Shown here: positions 10,236 through 20,483 of the stretch, one piece after another
Position numbering within the stretch: position 1 is the first letter of the stretch
How the letters are laid out: each line of letters opens with the position of its first letter
Origin: Escherichia coli
GTDB taxonomy: Bacteria; Pseudomonadota; Gammaproteobacteria; Enterobacterales; Enterobacteriaceae
Length of the DNA stretch: 64,000 nt
Reading direction: 5' to 3' (one strand)
Assembly: GCF_003991155.1 (NCBI RefSeq)
Contig: NZ_CP031293.1
Made by a program: the position numbers and the translations under genes
Notes under the pieces: model-generated
Database searches by the model: none
What the model was told of the DNA's origin: nothing
What the model saw: the letters and a program-made list of their open reading frames with translations, nothing else

Positions 10236-12398
10236 TTATTTCGCATCCGACTTATATTCGTATTCGTAATAGCCATAATCCTGATACGCGCTGGCGCGGC
10301 GGAAGATGGAGTTCAAAATCACCCCTTTCACCGGAATACCGTTTTGCTCAAAGCGGCTCAGACTGGTTTCCACTTCTTTCAAGGTGTTGACCGCATAACG
10401 CGCCACCATTAACGTGGTTTCGACATGACGACCAACAATTGCCGCATCGGTCACTGCCAGAATCGGCGGCGTATCAATCAACACCAGGTCATAGTTTTTA
10501 CTCGCCCACTTCACCAGTTCGGCAAAGCGTTCGCTCATTAACAGTTCTGAAGGATTTGGCGGCACCTGACCGCGCGGGATCAGGTCAAATTTGGCAATAG
10601 AGGTCGGTTTAGCAGCGGTAGTAATATCGCCCTGTCCAATCAGAATTTCCGACAGGCCATTAACGTTATTAGTGCCCAACAGCTCGTGGGTGTAGCCTTT
10701 GCGCATATCGCAGTCGATCAACAACACCCGTTTATTGGTCTGGCTAATCACCGCCGCCAGGTTGGCGCAGACAAAGGTTTTACCGATTGACGGGCTAACC
10801 CCGGTCATCATCAACACATTGTTCTGCGCCTGCATCATCGCGAAGTGCAGACTGGTACGCAGACTGCGGATGGCTTCAATCGCCAGATCGGTTGGATTCC
10901 CCACCGCCAGTAGCTGGCTCTGTTTATAGCGTTTAATCCCTTTGATGGTTTTGACGCTATCGCGCGCTTTCTGCCATTCCGACAACGGGATGCTGGCATA
11001 GACACTGATACCGTGTTCTTCCAGCACCTGCGGGCTTTCGATGCCGCGATTAAACAACGAGCGCAGCAGCACACCCACGATAGAGAGCATCAGGCCAAGG
11101 ATAATCGCGCCGAGGATAATCAGCCCTTTCTTCGGTTTTAGCACGCCAGGCTGGGTGATTGCCGGGTCAACAATGCGCACATCGCCGACGGTGCTGGCTT
11201 CGGTGATTTTCAGCTCCTGCTCTTTATTCAGCAGTTGCATATAGACCTGTTGACCAGACTCGACATCGCGGGTCAGACGGACAATTTCCTGCTGGGTTTT
11301 CGGCATCGCCGTTACGCGACCGTTAAGTTTGGCTTTCTCTTCTTCCAGCGCCTGCCGTTTCTCCAGCAGCGTGCGATACGCCGGGTGAACTTTGGTGTAC
11401 AGCTTGGAGATTTCCGCTTCTTTAAAGGTCAGTTCGTTCAACTGCGCGTCGATGTTCACCATCGAATCGAGCACCGCTTTTGCTTCCAGCGGCAGATCAA
11501 CAGAATCTTTATCCTGACGGAAGGCATTCAGTTTGTTTTCGGCAACATCGAGGCGGCTACGTACTTCCGGTAACTGTTGCGCGAGGAAAGCGAGGCTTTT
11601 CGACGCTTCCGCCGATTTGCGCTCAATATTTTGTTCCTGATAGTTACGGGCGATGCTGTTAAGAATGTCGCGGATCTGTTCGCGATCTTCACCGGTATAA
11701 GTCAGGCTCAGTACGCCTGCGTCTTTGCCGTTCTCCGTTACCGTCAGGCTGTTTTGCAGTTGGTTGATCATCCCCAGCGTGGAGTATTTGGTGACGGTAA
11801 ACTCACTGCCCGGGCTGGCGTGAATGGCTTCAACCATCAGCGTGACGCCTTCTTTTTTCAGCATCTGGCCCGCTTGCCCACGGGCGCTAAAGCCGCCGTC
11901 GCTGCTCAGAGTGTAGTTTTTATCGTCCAGCACATTAAGCGTAAACACCTGATCCGCCATCTCTTTCGGGCGGTTAAAGGTGGTCACTTTTACCGTCTCG
12001 TTCTGGCGTCCCATCAGGCGATCCCAGCCCGCACCGAAAATAGGGAACGTGTTTTTGCTCACTGCAATATCGAGGTCGAGATCGTCCACCGTTTTACCAA
12101 GCACCAGACGCGAACGAATCAACTGGATCTCGGCGTCCGATGCTGGCGGTTTGTTGGCTAATGCCGAACCAATGTCCTGCACTAACGAATTGCCGCTGTT
12201 TTGCTCGATTTGTACCAGTGCGTCGGCACTATAAATCGGCGTGGCTAAGAAGGTGTAAACCACGGCACAGAGGGCAAATACGGCGGTGATGCCAATTACC
12301 CACCAGCGCGCTTCAATGACGGTGCCGACCAGGCGACCAATATCGATTTCATCACTGCCCGTTACCGGAGCGGCATGTTGTTTTACTTTTTCTGTCAT
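10236..12398 (-). CDS. wzc: tyrosine autokinase / polysaccharide co-polymerase
   Basis: Start trimmed to MTEKVKQHAAPVTGSDEID...; Walker A (GVSPSIGKT), C-terminal Tyr-rich tail (YQDYGYYEYEYKSDAK). Confidence 0.93.
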   Translation of the reverse strand: MTEKVKQHAAPVTGSDEIDIGRLVGTVIEARWWVIGITAVFALCAVVYTFLATPIYSADALVQIEQNSGNSLVQDIGSALANKPPASDAEIQLIRSRLVLGKTVDDLDLDIAVSKNTFPIFGAGWDRLMGRQNETVKVTTFNRPKEMADQVFTLNVLDDKNYTLSSDGGFSARGQAGQMLKKEGVTLMVEAIHASPGSEFTVTKYSTLGMINQLQNSLTVTENGKDAGVLSLTYTGEDREQIRDILNSIARNYQEQNIERKSAEASKSLAFLAQQLPEVRSRLDVAENKLNAFRQDKDSVDLPLEAKAVLDSMVNIDAQLNELTFKEAEISKLYTKVHPAYRTLLEKRQALEEEKAKLNGRVTAMPKTQQEIVRLTRDVESGQQVYMQLLNKEQELKITEASTVGDVRIVDPAITQPGVLKPKKGLIILGAIILGLMLSIVGVLLRSLFNRGIESPQVLEEHGISVYASIPLSEWQKARDSVKTIKGIKRYKQSQLLAVGNPTDLAIEAIRSLRTSLHFAMMQAQNNVLMMTGVSPSIGKTFVCANLAAVISQTNKRVLLIDCDMRKGYTHELLGTNNVNGLSEILIGQGDITTAAKPTSIAKFDLIPRGQVPPNPSELLMSERFAELVKWASKNYDLVLIDTPPILAVTDAAIVGRHVETTLMVARYAVNTLKEVETSLSRFEQNGIPVKGVILNSIFRRASAYQDYGYYEYEYKSDAK

Positions 12399-12400
12399 TC

Positions 12401-12844
12401 TTATACCTGCTCTGCGTTCAATGCCTGCGCCCACTGGCGGGCAGACCGTTCAAGTAATGTGTACACCGCTGCAAACGTTTCCCGGCTTTTGCGATACGGA
12501 TCGGGGATTTCACATTCGTTATCCCAGTGACCAAACAGCATCACTTTGCCGCGCATCTCAGGTGCCATCTCGCATAAGCGTTCGATATGGCGCTTTTCCA
12601 TGGTCAAAATCAGGTCGTAGTTGCGACACAGACGGCGGCTGATTTGCCGTGCACAGTGACCTTCCAGAGACAGTTGATGTTCTGCGGCGACGCTGATAGC
12701 AGTAGGGTCAGCGCCCTTACCGACCAGCGCGCCGAGTCCAGCGGACTCCACTTTCAGCTCCGGGTGATAACGTTGCAGTAAGCGTTCCGCCGTCGGGGAG
12801 CGGCAAATATTGCCGACACAGACAACTAAGATGTTGTTAAACAT
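12401..12844 (-). CDS. wzb: low-molecular-weight protein-tyrosine phosphatase
   Basis: 147-aa ORF with CX5R P-loop (VCVGNICRSP). Confidence 0.93.
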   Translation of the reverse strand: MFNNILVVCVGNICRSPTAERLLQRYHPELKVESAGLGALVGKGADPTAISVAAEHQLSLEGHCARQISRRLCRNYDLILTMEKRHIERLCEMAPEMRGKVMLFGHWDNECEIPDPYRKSRETFAAVYTLLERSARQWAQALNAEQV

Positions 12845-12849
12845 GACGA

Positions 12850-13989
12850 TTACCAGTTATGAATGTCGCTGGCTGTATCCGTCATGTAACGGACACCGCT
12901 AATAGTTGGCAGCAACTGATTGATCAGACGGTTCCAGCGGGAAACCGGGGCGGTGGTGACATACACCACGTCATAAGGTTGCAGGCGGAATTCTGTCGCC
13001 ATCACCAGCGACGTGGCATCGGACATATCCAGCTGGTAGATATTGGCAATCTTGCCGTTACGCCCGCCCTCGCCTTTCAGCGGACGAATGACAAAGATGC
13101 CGCTGGCGTTGGAGGTGGTCATGTCGATGCCTTCAGCATTGCCCAGGGCTTCAGTCAGGGTCATGCCGCTAAAGTCCATTTTCAGGGTGCTCTGTTTCTT
13201 CACTTCACCCATCACAAACACTTTCAGATCATCATTACGTGGCACGTAAAGAATATCGCCGGGGTAAAGCAGTCGGTTCTGATTGAGGTCGCCGTTTTGC
13301 ATCAGCGCCTGCAAAGAAATGCGTTCTTCACGACCATTGTGTGTTAGCACTACGTTGCGCCAGTCAGCGGTGTCGGTCAGGCCACCTGCGGCGTTGATGG
13401 CGTCGAGAATGGTCAGTGGCACGTTGGTGATCGCCTGTTGACCGGATTTATTCACCTGACCGGAGATATAGGCTTTTTGCGAGCGGAAGGCGGCGATATT
13501 AACGTCCACCTGCGGGTCAGCGATGTACGTCGCTAAGCGCCCGGTAATATCACTGCGGATTTCAGCGAGCGTTTTCCCCACGACGTGAACCTTGCCGATA
13601 TACGGGTAGAACATGGTGCCGTCAGGCTGTACCCAGTTGCCGGTGTCGCTGGAGCTGCGGTACTGACCGGCTGGCGTGGTGAGTTCCGGGTGATCCCAGA
13701 CGGTGACATTAAGAACGTCCCCCGGCCCGACGCGATACTGATAATTCGCGATCTCACTTTCCAGCGTCATATTGGGGCGCGCTACATTCGGGCGTGGGCG
13801 TAATTGATCAATCAGGCGCGGGGTCAACGGATAAACATTCACCATTTTGTCGAGATCGAAATCAGCGTCCTGCTGTTTGATGACGTCTTTCCCCATCGTC
13901 GACATATTGCTGCCCGGAAGTACTGTGCAACCGCTTATCAAGGTTACTGACACCAATAATGGCATCAATTTCATTTTGGATTTCATCAT
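12850..13989 (-). CDS. wza: outer-membrane polysaccharide export lipoprotein
   Basis: 379-aa ORF; lipoprotein signal peptide with lipobox (LISGC). Confidence 0.93.
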   Translation of the reverse strand: MMKSKMKLMPLLVSVTLISGCTVLPGSNMSTMGKDVIKQQDADFDLDKMVNVYPLTPRLIDQLRPRPNVARPNMTLESEIANYQYRVGPGDVLNVTVWDHPELTTPAGQYRSSSDTGNWVQPDGTMFYPYIGKVHVVGKTLAEIRSDITGRLATYIADPQVDVNIAAFRSQKAYISGQVNKSGQQAITNVPLTILDAINAAGGLTDTADWRNVVLTHNGREERISLQALMQNGDLNQNRLLYPGDILYVPRNDDLKVFVMGEVKKQSTLKMDFSGMTLTEALGNAEGIDMTTSNASGIFVIRPLKGEGGRNGKIANIYQLDMSDATSLVMATEFRLQPYDVVYVTTAPVSRWNRLINQLLPTISGVRYMTDTASDIHNW

Positions 13990-14167
13990 TGTTTATTTAT
14001 CACTTTGGCAGAGTAATTATCCTGTGCACTATTAATAGCAATGTCGCCATGCACATTTACCTTGCAGTTAATTGAATAAAAATTTAACTGGCATCAGTCC
14101 TAAAAAAATTGATTTCATCCGCAAGCTATTGACAGAATAATTCAGACTGGTCTTTCAGGCATCCAGA

Positions 14168-14179
14168 CACGCTACCGCC
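14168..14179 (-). promoter_or_regulatory. ops element (GGCGGTAGCGTG) in wza leader
   Basis: Reverse complement of 14168-14179 is GGCGGTAGCGTG, the RfaH-recruiting ops consensus, upstream of wza on the minus strand. Confidence 0.7.
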
Positions 14180-14647
14180 CCTGGCTTTTTAGCTACCAAT
14201 ACACTGATTTAGCTTAATTTTTAAAACCCTCTCAACATACAGTCGTTGATGAGAAAGGGTTATTGCGGAAATTAACTTCCGAATATAAGGTGACATTATG
14301 GTAATTGAATATTGGCTCTCCAATAATGCAGGAGGAAGTGTTACAGCTAACGGAATAGCAGGCAAGGTAACAATTCGGCAATTGGCTATTTTTAAGAATT
14401 ATATTAAGTGTCATTCAATATGGTTTTTAGGAGTTTCTTTAGGTTGACAATATTTAATATAGTGTCTCCACATGCGATATTTCTTAAATAATGTTTTATT
14501 ATTACCACTTTTAATTCAGGGATAATGTGAGGTTATAACCCTCAAATAATATGAGATAAATAGTGCTGCAACATTGCATTTTTGCCCCGATTTATCCATG
14601 ATCGAATTGTGACATTTGTCATACAACGAATAGGTTTTGTACTTACT

Positions 14648-16231
14648 ATGGAATGGATTGCCGATCCGTCTATCTGGGCTGGATTAATCACGCTGATTGT
14701 GATCGAACTGGTCCTCGGCATTGATAACCTGGTCTTTATTGCCATCCTCGCCGAAAAACTACCGCCGAAGCAGCGCGACCGCGCACGGGTTACCGGGCTG
14801 CTGCTGGCGATGTTAATGCGCCTGTTACTGCTGGCGTCAATCTCCTGGCTGGTCACCCTGACTCAACCGCTGTTCAGCTTCCGCTCGTTTACCTTTAGCG
14901 CCCGCGACTTAATCATGCTGTTTGGTGGTTTCTTCCTGCTGTTCAAAGCCACGATGGAGCTGAACGAACGGCTGGAAGGGAAAGACAGCAATAACCCCAC
15001 GCAACGCAAAGGTGCGAAGTTCTGGGGGGTGGTGACACAAATTGTGGTACTGGACGCCATCTTCTCACTCGACTCGGTGATTACCGCCGTCGGGATGGTC
15101 GACCATTTACTGGTCATGATGGCCGCCGTCGTTATCGCTATCAGCCTGATGTTGATGGCCAGCAAGCCGTTAACGCAATTTGTTAACAGTCACCCGACGA
15201 TCGTTATTCTCTGCTTAAGCTTCCTGTTGATGATTGGCTTTAGCCTGGTGGCAGAAGGTTTCGGCTTCGTCATTCCGAAAGGCTACCTGTACGCTGCTAT
15301 TGGTTTCTCGGTGATGATCGAGGCGCTCAATCAGTTGGCTATCTTTAACCGGCGACGTTTTCTTTCCGCTAACCAGACGCTGCGCCAGCGAACTACCGAA
15401 GCGGTAATGCGCCTGTTAAGCGGGCAAAAAGAAGATGCGGAACTGGATGCCGAAACCGCGTCTATGCTGGTGGATCATGATAATCAGCAAATCTTTAATC
15501 CGCAGGAACGGCGGATGATTGAGCGGGTACTTAATCTTAACCAGCGTACCGTCAGCAGCATTATGACGTCGCGCCACGATATTGAGCATATCGATCTCAA
15601 CGCACCGGAAGAAGAAATCCGCCAGTTGCTGGAGCGAAATCAGCACACGCGACTGGTGGTTACTGATGGCGATGACGCGGAAGATTTGCTCGGTGTTGTT
15701 CACGTTATCGACCTGTTACAACAGTCACTGCGCGGCGAACCGCTCAACCTGCGGGTGTTGATTCGCCAGCCGCTGGTGTTCCCGGAAACCTTGCCGTTGT
15801 TACCTGCCCTGGAGCAGTTCCGTAATGCCCGCACACACTTTGCTTTTGTAGTGGATGAGTTTGGCTCGGTGGAAGGGATTGTGACATTAAGTGACGTCAC
15901 AGAAACCATTGCCGGTAACTTACCGAATGAAGTGGAAGAGATCGACGCCCGCCATGATATTCAGAAGAATGCCGACGGTTCCTGGACGGCGAATGGTCAT
16001 ATGCCGCTGGAAGATCTGGTGCAATATGTGCCGCTGCCGCTGGATGAAAAACGTGAATATCACACCATTGCCGGGCTATTGATGGAATATTTGCAGCGTA
16101 TTCCAAAACCTGGCGAAGAAGTTCAGGTGGGGGATTATTTGCTTAAAACGTTGCAGGTGGAAAGCCATCGCGTGCAGAAGGTGCAAATTATTCCGCTACG
16201 TAAGGATGGCGAGATGGAGTACGAAGTGTGA
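14648..16231 (+). CDS. yegH: TerC-family inner membrane protein with CBS and CorC/HlyC domains
   Basis: ORF-track entry trimmed to [13 protein letters not shown]... (527 aa); TerC-like TM region, CBS pair, C-terminal transporter-associated domain. Confidence 0.88.
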   Translation: MEWIADPSIWAGLITLIVIELVLGIDNLVFIAILAEKLPPKQRDRARVTGLLLAMLMRLLLLASISWLVTLTQPLFSFRSFTFSARDLIMLFGGFFLLFKATMELNERLEGKDSNNPTQRKGAKFWGVVTQIVVLDAIFSLDSVITAVGMVDHLLVMMAAVVIAISLMLMASKPLTQFVNSHPTIVILCLSFLLMIGFSLVAEGFGFVIPKGYLYAAIGFSVMIEALNQLAIFNRRRFLSANQTLRQRTTEAVMRLLSGQKEDAELDAETASMLVDHDNQQIFNPQERRMIERVLNLNQRTVSSIMTSRHDIEHIDLNAPEEEIRQLLERNQHTRLVVTDGDDAEDLLGVVHVIDLLQQSLRGEPLNLRVLIRQPLVFPETLPLLPALEQFRNARTHFAFVVDEFGSVEGIVTLSDVTETIAGNLPNEVEEIDARHDIQKNADGSWTANGHMPLEDLVQYVPLPLDEKREYHTIAGLLMEYLQRIPKPGEEVQVGDYLLKTLQVESHRVQKVQIIPLRKDGEMEYEV

Positions 16232-16236
16232 TAAAA

Positions 16237-16276
16237 CATCAAATGCGCAGGTTCAAACTGCGCATTTGATTTATAC
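16237..16276 (+). terminator. Rho-independent terminator after yegH
   Basis: Perfect inverted repeat catcaaatgcgcag / ctgcgcatttgat with 7-nt loop followed by T-rich run. Confidence 0.6.
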
Positions 16277-16305
16277 AAAATTTAGTATAATCTAAGGATG
16301 GAGTA

Positions 16306-16644
16306 ATGAGAAAAAAGCTGGCTTTTCTTGATACCAGTCTTGACGATTTACGCGCATTTCCAGAATCGTCTCGACAGGAAATTGGCTATCAACTCGACAG
16401 GATCCAACAAGGGTTAAACCCATACGACTGGAAACCTTTTTCAACTATCGGCCCTGGTGTGCGAGAGATTCGTACTCGCGATGCTGATGGGATCTATCGC
16501 GTCATGTATATCGCAAAATTTGAAGAAGCGGTTTACGTATTGCATTGTTTTCAAAAGAAAACACAGACTACCAGTCAATCGGATGTTGATTTAGCCAAAC
16601 GACGCTATAAAGAACTTGTTCAGGAGCGGAAAAATGAAAATTGA
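16306..16644 (+). CDS. HigB-like toxin (Gp49-like, RelE/ParE superfamily)
   Basis: 112-aa ORF; C-terminal pattern YVLHCFQKKTQTTSQSDVDLAKRRYKEL typical of Gp49-like toxins; toxin-first order, 11-nt overlap with downstream HTH gene. Confidence 0.65.
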   Translation: MRKKLAFLDTSLDDLRAFPESSRQEIGYQLDRIQQGLNPYDWKPFSTIGPGVREIRTRDADGIYRVMYIAKFEEAVYVLHCFQKKTQTTSQSDVDLAKRRYKELVQERKNEN

Positions 16645-16924
16645 AACCTTTGATAGTGTGTGGGATGCGGTGAGTGACACCCCTGAACAAGCGGAAAATA
16701 TGCGGATCCGTGCCGAACTTGTAACGATCATTAATAACTGGATTGAACAACAAGGGTTTAGCCAGGCTCAGGCAGCGTCTGCTTTAGGGGTCACTCAACC
16801 TCGCATATCTGAACTTGCCAGAGGTAAGATCCAGATCTTTAGTATCGATAAATTGATCACCATGATGGCTCATGCAGGATTGCATATTCAACGTATTGAA
16901 ATTCAATATCCACATGCTGCTTAG
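16634..16924 (+). CDS. HigA-like antitoxin (XRE-family HTH)
   Basis: Start at ATG 16634 preceded by aggagcgg SD; HTH segment QAQAASALGVTQPRISELARGK. Confidence 0.65.
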   Translation: MKIETFDSVWDAVSDTPEQAENMRIRAELVTIINNWIEQQGFSQAQAASALGVTQPRISELARGKIQIFSIDKLITMMAHAGLHIQRIEIQYPHAA

Positions 16925-16935
16925 TGCTATAAACA

Positions 16936-16965
16936 CAGATGGCGACAAATTGACGCCGCCATCTG
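16936..16965. terminator. bidirectional hairpin between convergent higA-like gene and asmA
   Basis: Inverted repeat cagatggcg ... cgccatctg read directly. Confidence 0.45.
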
Positions 16966-16976
16966 CATAACTTGTC

Positions 16977-18830
16977 TTACATCTTCTCCAGCAACTTCTT
17001 CACATCTTTGCCATTGCGGGAATCTTTATTCCGCTCGGCCCAGTCATTCAGGCGACGTTTCGCTTCATCCTGTAGATGTTTGCGCAGTAACTGATCCACT
17101 TGCAGGCTGTAATTGAGTTGCTGCCAGTTGCCATAAACCCGCAGCGGTACTGGCGTTTCTTTGAGGAAATCAATCAGTTTGCTTTCTCCGTTCCAGCCAC
17201 CAATCACACGAATGTCAAACTGGGTGTCGCAGGTTTGATCTGCCAGATTCAACATGCCTTCCCCTGTCAGCGCCAGCACTGGCGATTGACCTTGCATGTC
17301 GTTTAACGTCACGACGCCATCCTTCAACGTCAAATCGGTGGTAAAGCGGTCAAGACGCGTTACGTTATCGAAGTTTTCAGCGGCCTTCACATCACCACCA
17401 TTACGTTCTACCGCTTGCTGAATCATCTGCTGGAAGTTCATCCCTTCCATGCGCGTGTCGGTCATTTCGACATGTGCCTGTCCTTGCCAGTTATGGCGGA
17501 ATGCGTCGGCATCTATGTCAGCACCGGAGAAATCACCAGCCAGTGACATCTTTCCGGTCAACGAAATCGGATAGTTAAACGCCTTCAGAATGGTACCAAT
17601 CTCAACGTTTTCCAGCCGTGGCTGGAAGTTTATCCGCGGATTTATTGATGTCGCGTCCAGCGTGCCCGGCAGCGAAACCTGTCCACCGTTAAGCTTGCCC
17701 TGCAGTTGAGTAATTTCCAGCAAACCCGACTTGTTGGTCATTTGCGTGGCAACGTCTGTAAAATTCATTCCGCGCCAGCGCACGTTACTGGCCTGCAACA
17801 AAATATCAGCCGTAAAGCCATGCAATCCCTGATAGGCCGGTTCATCAATACGCGAAGAAATGACCGGGCGCGGCAACGTGGATTGGCTCTGCCCTTGCTG
17901 CGCGGCACCGTTTTCACCGTTCGCTGTTTCTTTAAGCGGGATGAGGTTGTCAAGATTCAGTTGCGGGAATTGCAGTCTCAACTGCCATTCCGGTTTCTCT
18001 GTCAACGTGACCTGTGCTTGCCCGCTCAGCGTACTGTCATTGGCGGTCAAACTAATTTGGTTAAATGAAAGGCGTTTATGTGACTCCTGCCACTGGGCCT
18101 GGAAACTCCCCTGCCCCTGAATACCTTGTTTTGGTAAATCGGCACCCTGCAACTGCCAGTTAATTTGTTCAATAGCCGCCGTTAAATCATGCGGATAATC
18201 AGAAGCATCTACCGTACCGTTAAGGGATATCGTGAGGTCGCGCTGATCGCGATTAACCCGCCCGGAGAACTCAAATGAGCCACGATGTTGGGGATCTTGT
18301 TCCATTTGCAGGCGGATATTGCGGATTGTCACCTGCTCGTCATCTTCATGCTGGAACACCAGCACGCTGTCCGCCATCTTAAGACTGGATATATCAAACG
18401 ACCATCCGCGATCGTCTGACAGATCCGGCAAGGTATTGTCGCGCGGTGCAACCGGAGCGTCTTCACTGCGCACCGCTTCCGTCTGCGGCGTCAGTTGGAT
18501 CACAGCCCCTTTTAGCATCACCTGCTTAACGCTCAGTTGATGACTCAGTAGTGGTAAAAGCGCCACGTCCAGACGCATGTTGTCGGCGCGAACCAGTGGC
18601 TGGCTCGCGCCCTGGGCGGTGAGAGACATTCGCCCGGAGAGGATACTAAGCTGCGGCCAGACGTGCCAACGCAGTGGCCCGTCGAGCTGCAATTGATAAC
18701 CGCTACGTGCAGCAACTTGCTTGACCATATAGTCGCGGAAATCATTCGGATTCACCAGCAACACTAACGCAGATAACCCGGCCACCAGCACGACCAGGAG
18801 TATCATCAGCGTCGTCAGAAATCGTCTCAT
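16977..18830 (-). CDS. asmA: outer-membrane assembly protein AsmA
   Basis: 617-aa ORF with N-terminal TM anchor (MRRFLTTLMILLVVLVAGLSALVLL). Confidence 0.9.
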   Translation of the reverse strand: MRRFLTTLMILLVVLVAGLSALVLLVNPNDFRDYMVKQVAARSGYQLQLDGPLRWHVWPQLSILSGRMSLTAQGASQPLVRADNMRLDVALLPLLSHQLSVKQVMLKGAVIQLTPQTEAVRSEDAPVAPRDNTLPDLSDDRGWSFDISSLKMADSVLVFQHEDDEQVTIRNIRLQMEQDPQHRGSFEFSGRVNRDQRDLTISLNGTVDASDYPHDLTAAIEQINWQLQGADLPKQGIQGQGSFQAQWQESHKRLSFNQISLTANDSTLSGQAQVTLTEKPEWQLRLQFPQLNLDNLIPLKETANGENGAAQQGQSQSTLPRPVISSRIDEPAYQGLHGFTADILLQASNVRWRGMNFTDVATQMTNKSGLLEITQLQGKLNGGQVSLPGTLDATSINPRINFQPRLENVEIGTILKAFNYPISLTGKMSLAGDFSGADIDADAFRHNWQGQAHVEMTDTRMEGMNFQQMIQQAVERNGGDVKAAENFDNVTRLDRFTTDLTLKDGVVTLNDMQGQSPVLALTGEGMLNLADQTCDTQFDIRVIGGWNGESKLIDFLKETPVPLRVYGNWQQLNYSLQVDQLLRKHLQDEAKRRLNDWAERNKDSRNGKDVKKLLEKM

Positions 18831-18851
18831 GGTATCCTCAATGGGCCTGAA

Positions 18852-19433
18852 TTAGTCTTTATCGATTCGGCTGGCTACCGCGCCCTGCTGGTTGCGATAT
18901 TTCGCATCTTCACGGCGGTTGTAAGGTCGCGCCGCCGGGCCGGAAAGCGGCTCAAAGCTCAGCGCACCAATTAACATGCCCGGACGCAGCGCCAGCGGCA
19001 GCTTACCGGAGTTGTAGAACTCCAGCACAATGCAGCCAGACCAGCCCGGATCGATGCGGTGCGCGGTGACGTGCACCATCAGCCCCAGACGCGCCAATGA
19101 GGAACGCCCGTCCAGCCAGCCCACCAGATCGGCTGGCAGCGTCACCGACTCCAGCGTCACCGCCAGCGCCAGCTCTCCTGGGTGAAGATAGAACGCCTCG
19201 CTTTCATCGAGAACGATCTCATCGCTCATCACGCGGTCAAGCGCGGCGCTCACTTCATCTTTGGGACCGCTCAGATCGATAAACGCTGCCGTGTGACCAC
19301 GGAAGGTACGAAATTTATTGCCCAGGCGCACATCCACCGTCGCGCCGTTAATACGCTCCACTGGCGGACGTGGGTTGATCGACAAACGGCCTTCATCAAG
19401 CCAGGCTTCAATATCTCGGTCACACAGACGCAT
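18852..19433 (-). CDS. dcd: dCTP deaminase
   Basis: 193-aa [22 protein letters not shown]..., canonical Dcd. Confidence 0.95.
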   Translation of the reverse strand: MRLCDRDIEAWLDEGRLSINPRPPVERINGATVDVRLGNKFRTFRGHTAAFIDLSGPKDEVSAALDRVMSDEIVLDESEAFYLHPGELALAVTLESVTLPADLVGWLDGRSSLARLGLMVHVTAHRIDPGWSGCIVLEFYNSGKLPLALRPGMLIGALSFEPLSGPAARPYNRREDAKYRNQQGAVASRIDKD

Positions 19434-19524
19434 GGCATTTTCTCCTTTCGAGCATCACTCCCTTAACGCCAATTACGTCAAGGGCATACCAGGTTATCAC
19501 TGAACGGTACACAATTTATCAAGC

Positions 19525-20166
19525 TTATTCAAAGAACTGACTTATTTTCGCTTTCAATATATCGATCGCGATGCGGTTTTTCCCGCCGCGCGGCACGATA
19601 ATGTCCGCATATTGTTTAGAAGGCTCAATGAATTGCAGGAACATCGGGCGCACGGTTTTTTGATATTGCGCCATCACTGAATCCATTGAACGCCCACGCT
19701 CGTTAACGTCACGCTTGATGCGGCGCATCAGGCAGATATCCAGCGGGGTATCAACGAAAATGGAGAAGTTAAGTTCGTCACGCAAACGCGCATCCGTTAG
19801 CAGCAAAATGCCTTCGAGAATGATGACTTTCTTCGGCTCAACCGTCACCGTTTCTTTCATACGCGTATGTTCAACATAGCTGTAAACCGGCAGGTCAATG
19901 GCCGAGCCGCGTTTCAACGCTTGTAAATGCTCAAGCAACAGGCTGTGATCCATCGCGCTGGGATGGTCGTAGTTGGTCTTAACGCGTTCTTCCATCGACA
20001 GATGGCTTTGATCTTTGTAATAGCAGTCTTCGGGAATTACGCCGATGTGTTCATCACCGACTTGCTCACGTAATTCACGATAAAGGGTACTGGCAATAAG
20101 ACTCTTGCCGGAAGCCGATGCGCCAGCGATACCGATAATGACGCACTGATGAGACTGATCAGTCAT
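19525..20166 (-). CDS. udk: uridine/cytidine kinase
   Basis: ORF-track entry trimmed to [22 protein letters not shown] (Walker A); 213 aa. Confidence 0.93.
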
Positions 20167-20483
20167 ATATTTAGCGACCTGATTAACCTGGATGTTAGGA
20201 AGGGGGCGACGAAGCGCCAAACGCGGCAATTATAGGGATTTCATCCGCCTGATACCAGTCGAATAGCGTTGCCGCGCGCTCAGAGTTAATTGTTGACGAA
20301 GAATTCCCGGTGGCAAATTACGTTGATCAGTTTTATACAAGGTAAAAATTGTTATACGCAGTTGCGCAAATTATCCGCCTTTACGTCACTTTATGAGCAA
20401 TTCGCATATAAAATGTAAAACTTTTGTACTAGCATAAACACAGAAACGAATACTGGCGACCTGGTCTTGCGGATAAAGCGGTA

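Noticed and set aside
14232-14414. 60-aa minus-strand ORF in the wza upstream region
   Set aside because: Sits in the AT-rich wza promoter/leader region with the ops element; no SD or conserved features.
19525-20229. N-terminally extended ORF-track models (udk 234 aa, yegH 549 aa, mdtA 464 aa, yegD 471 aa, wzc 732 aa, wcaD 429 aa, fbaB 374 aa, yegP 123 aa, yegR 125 aa)
   Set aside because: The track reports the longest ORF using alternative start codons; recalled K-12 N-termini, SD positions and ATGA overlaps support the shorter starts used in the feature list.
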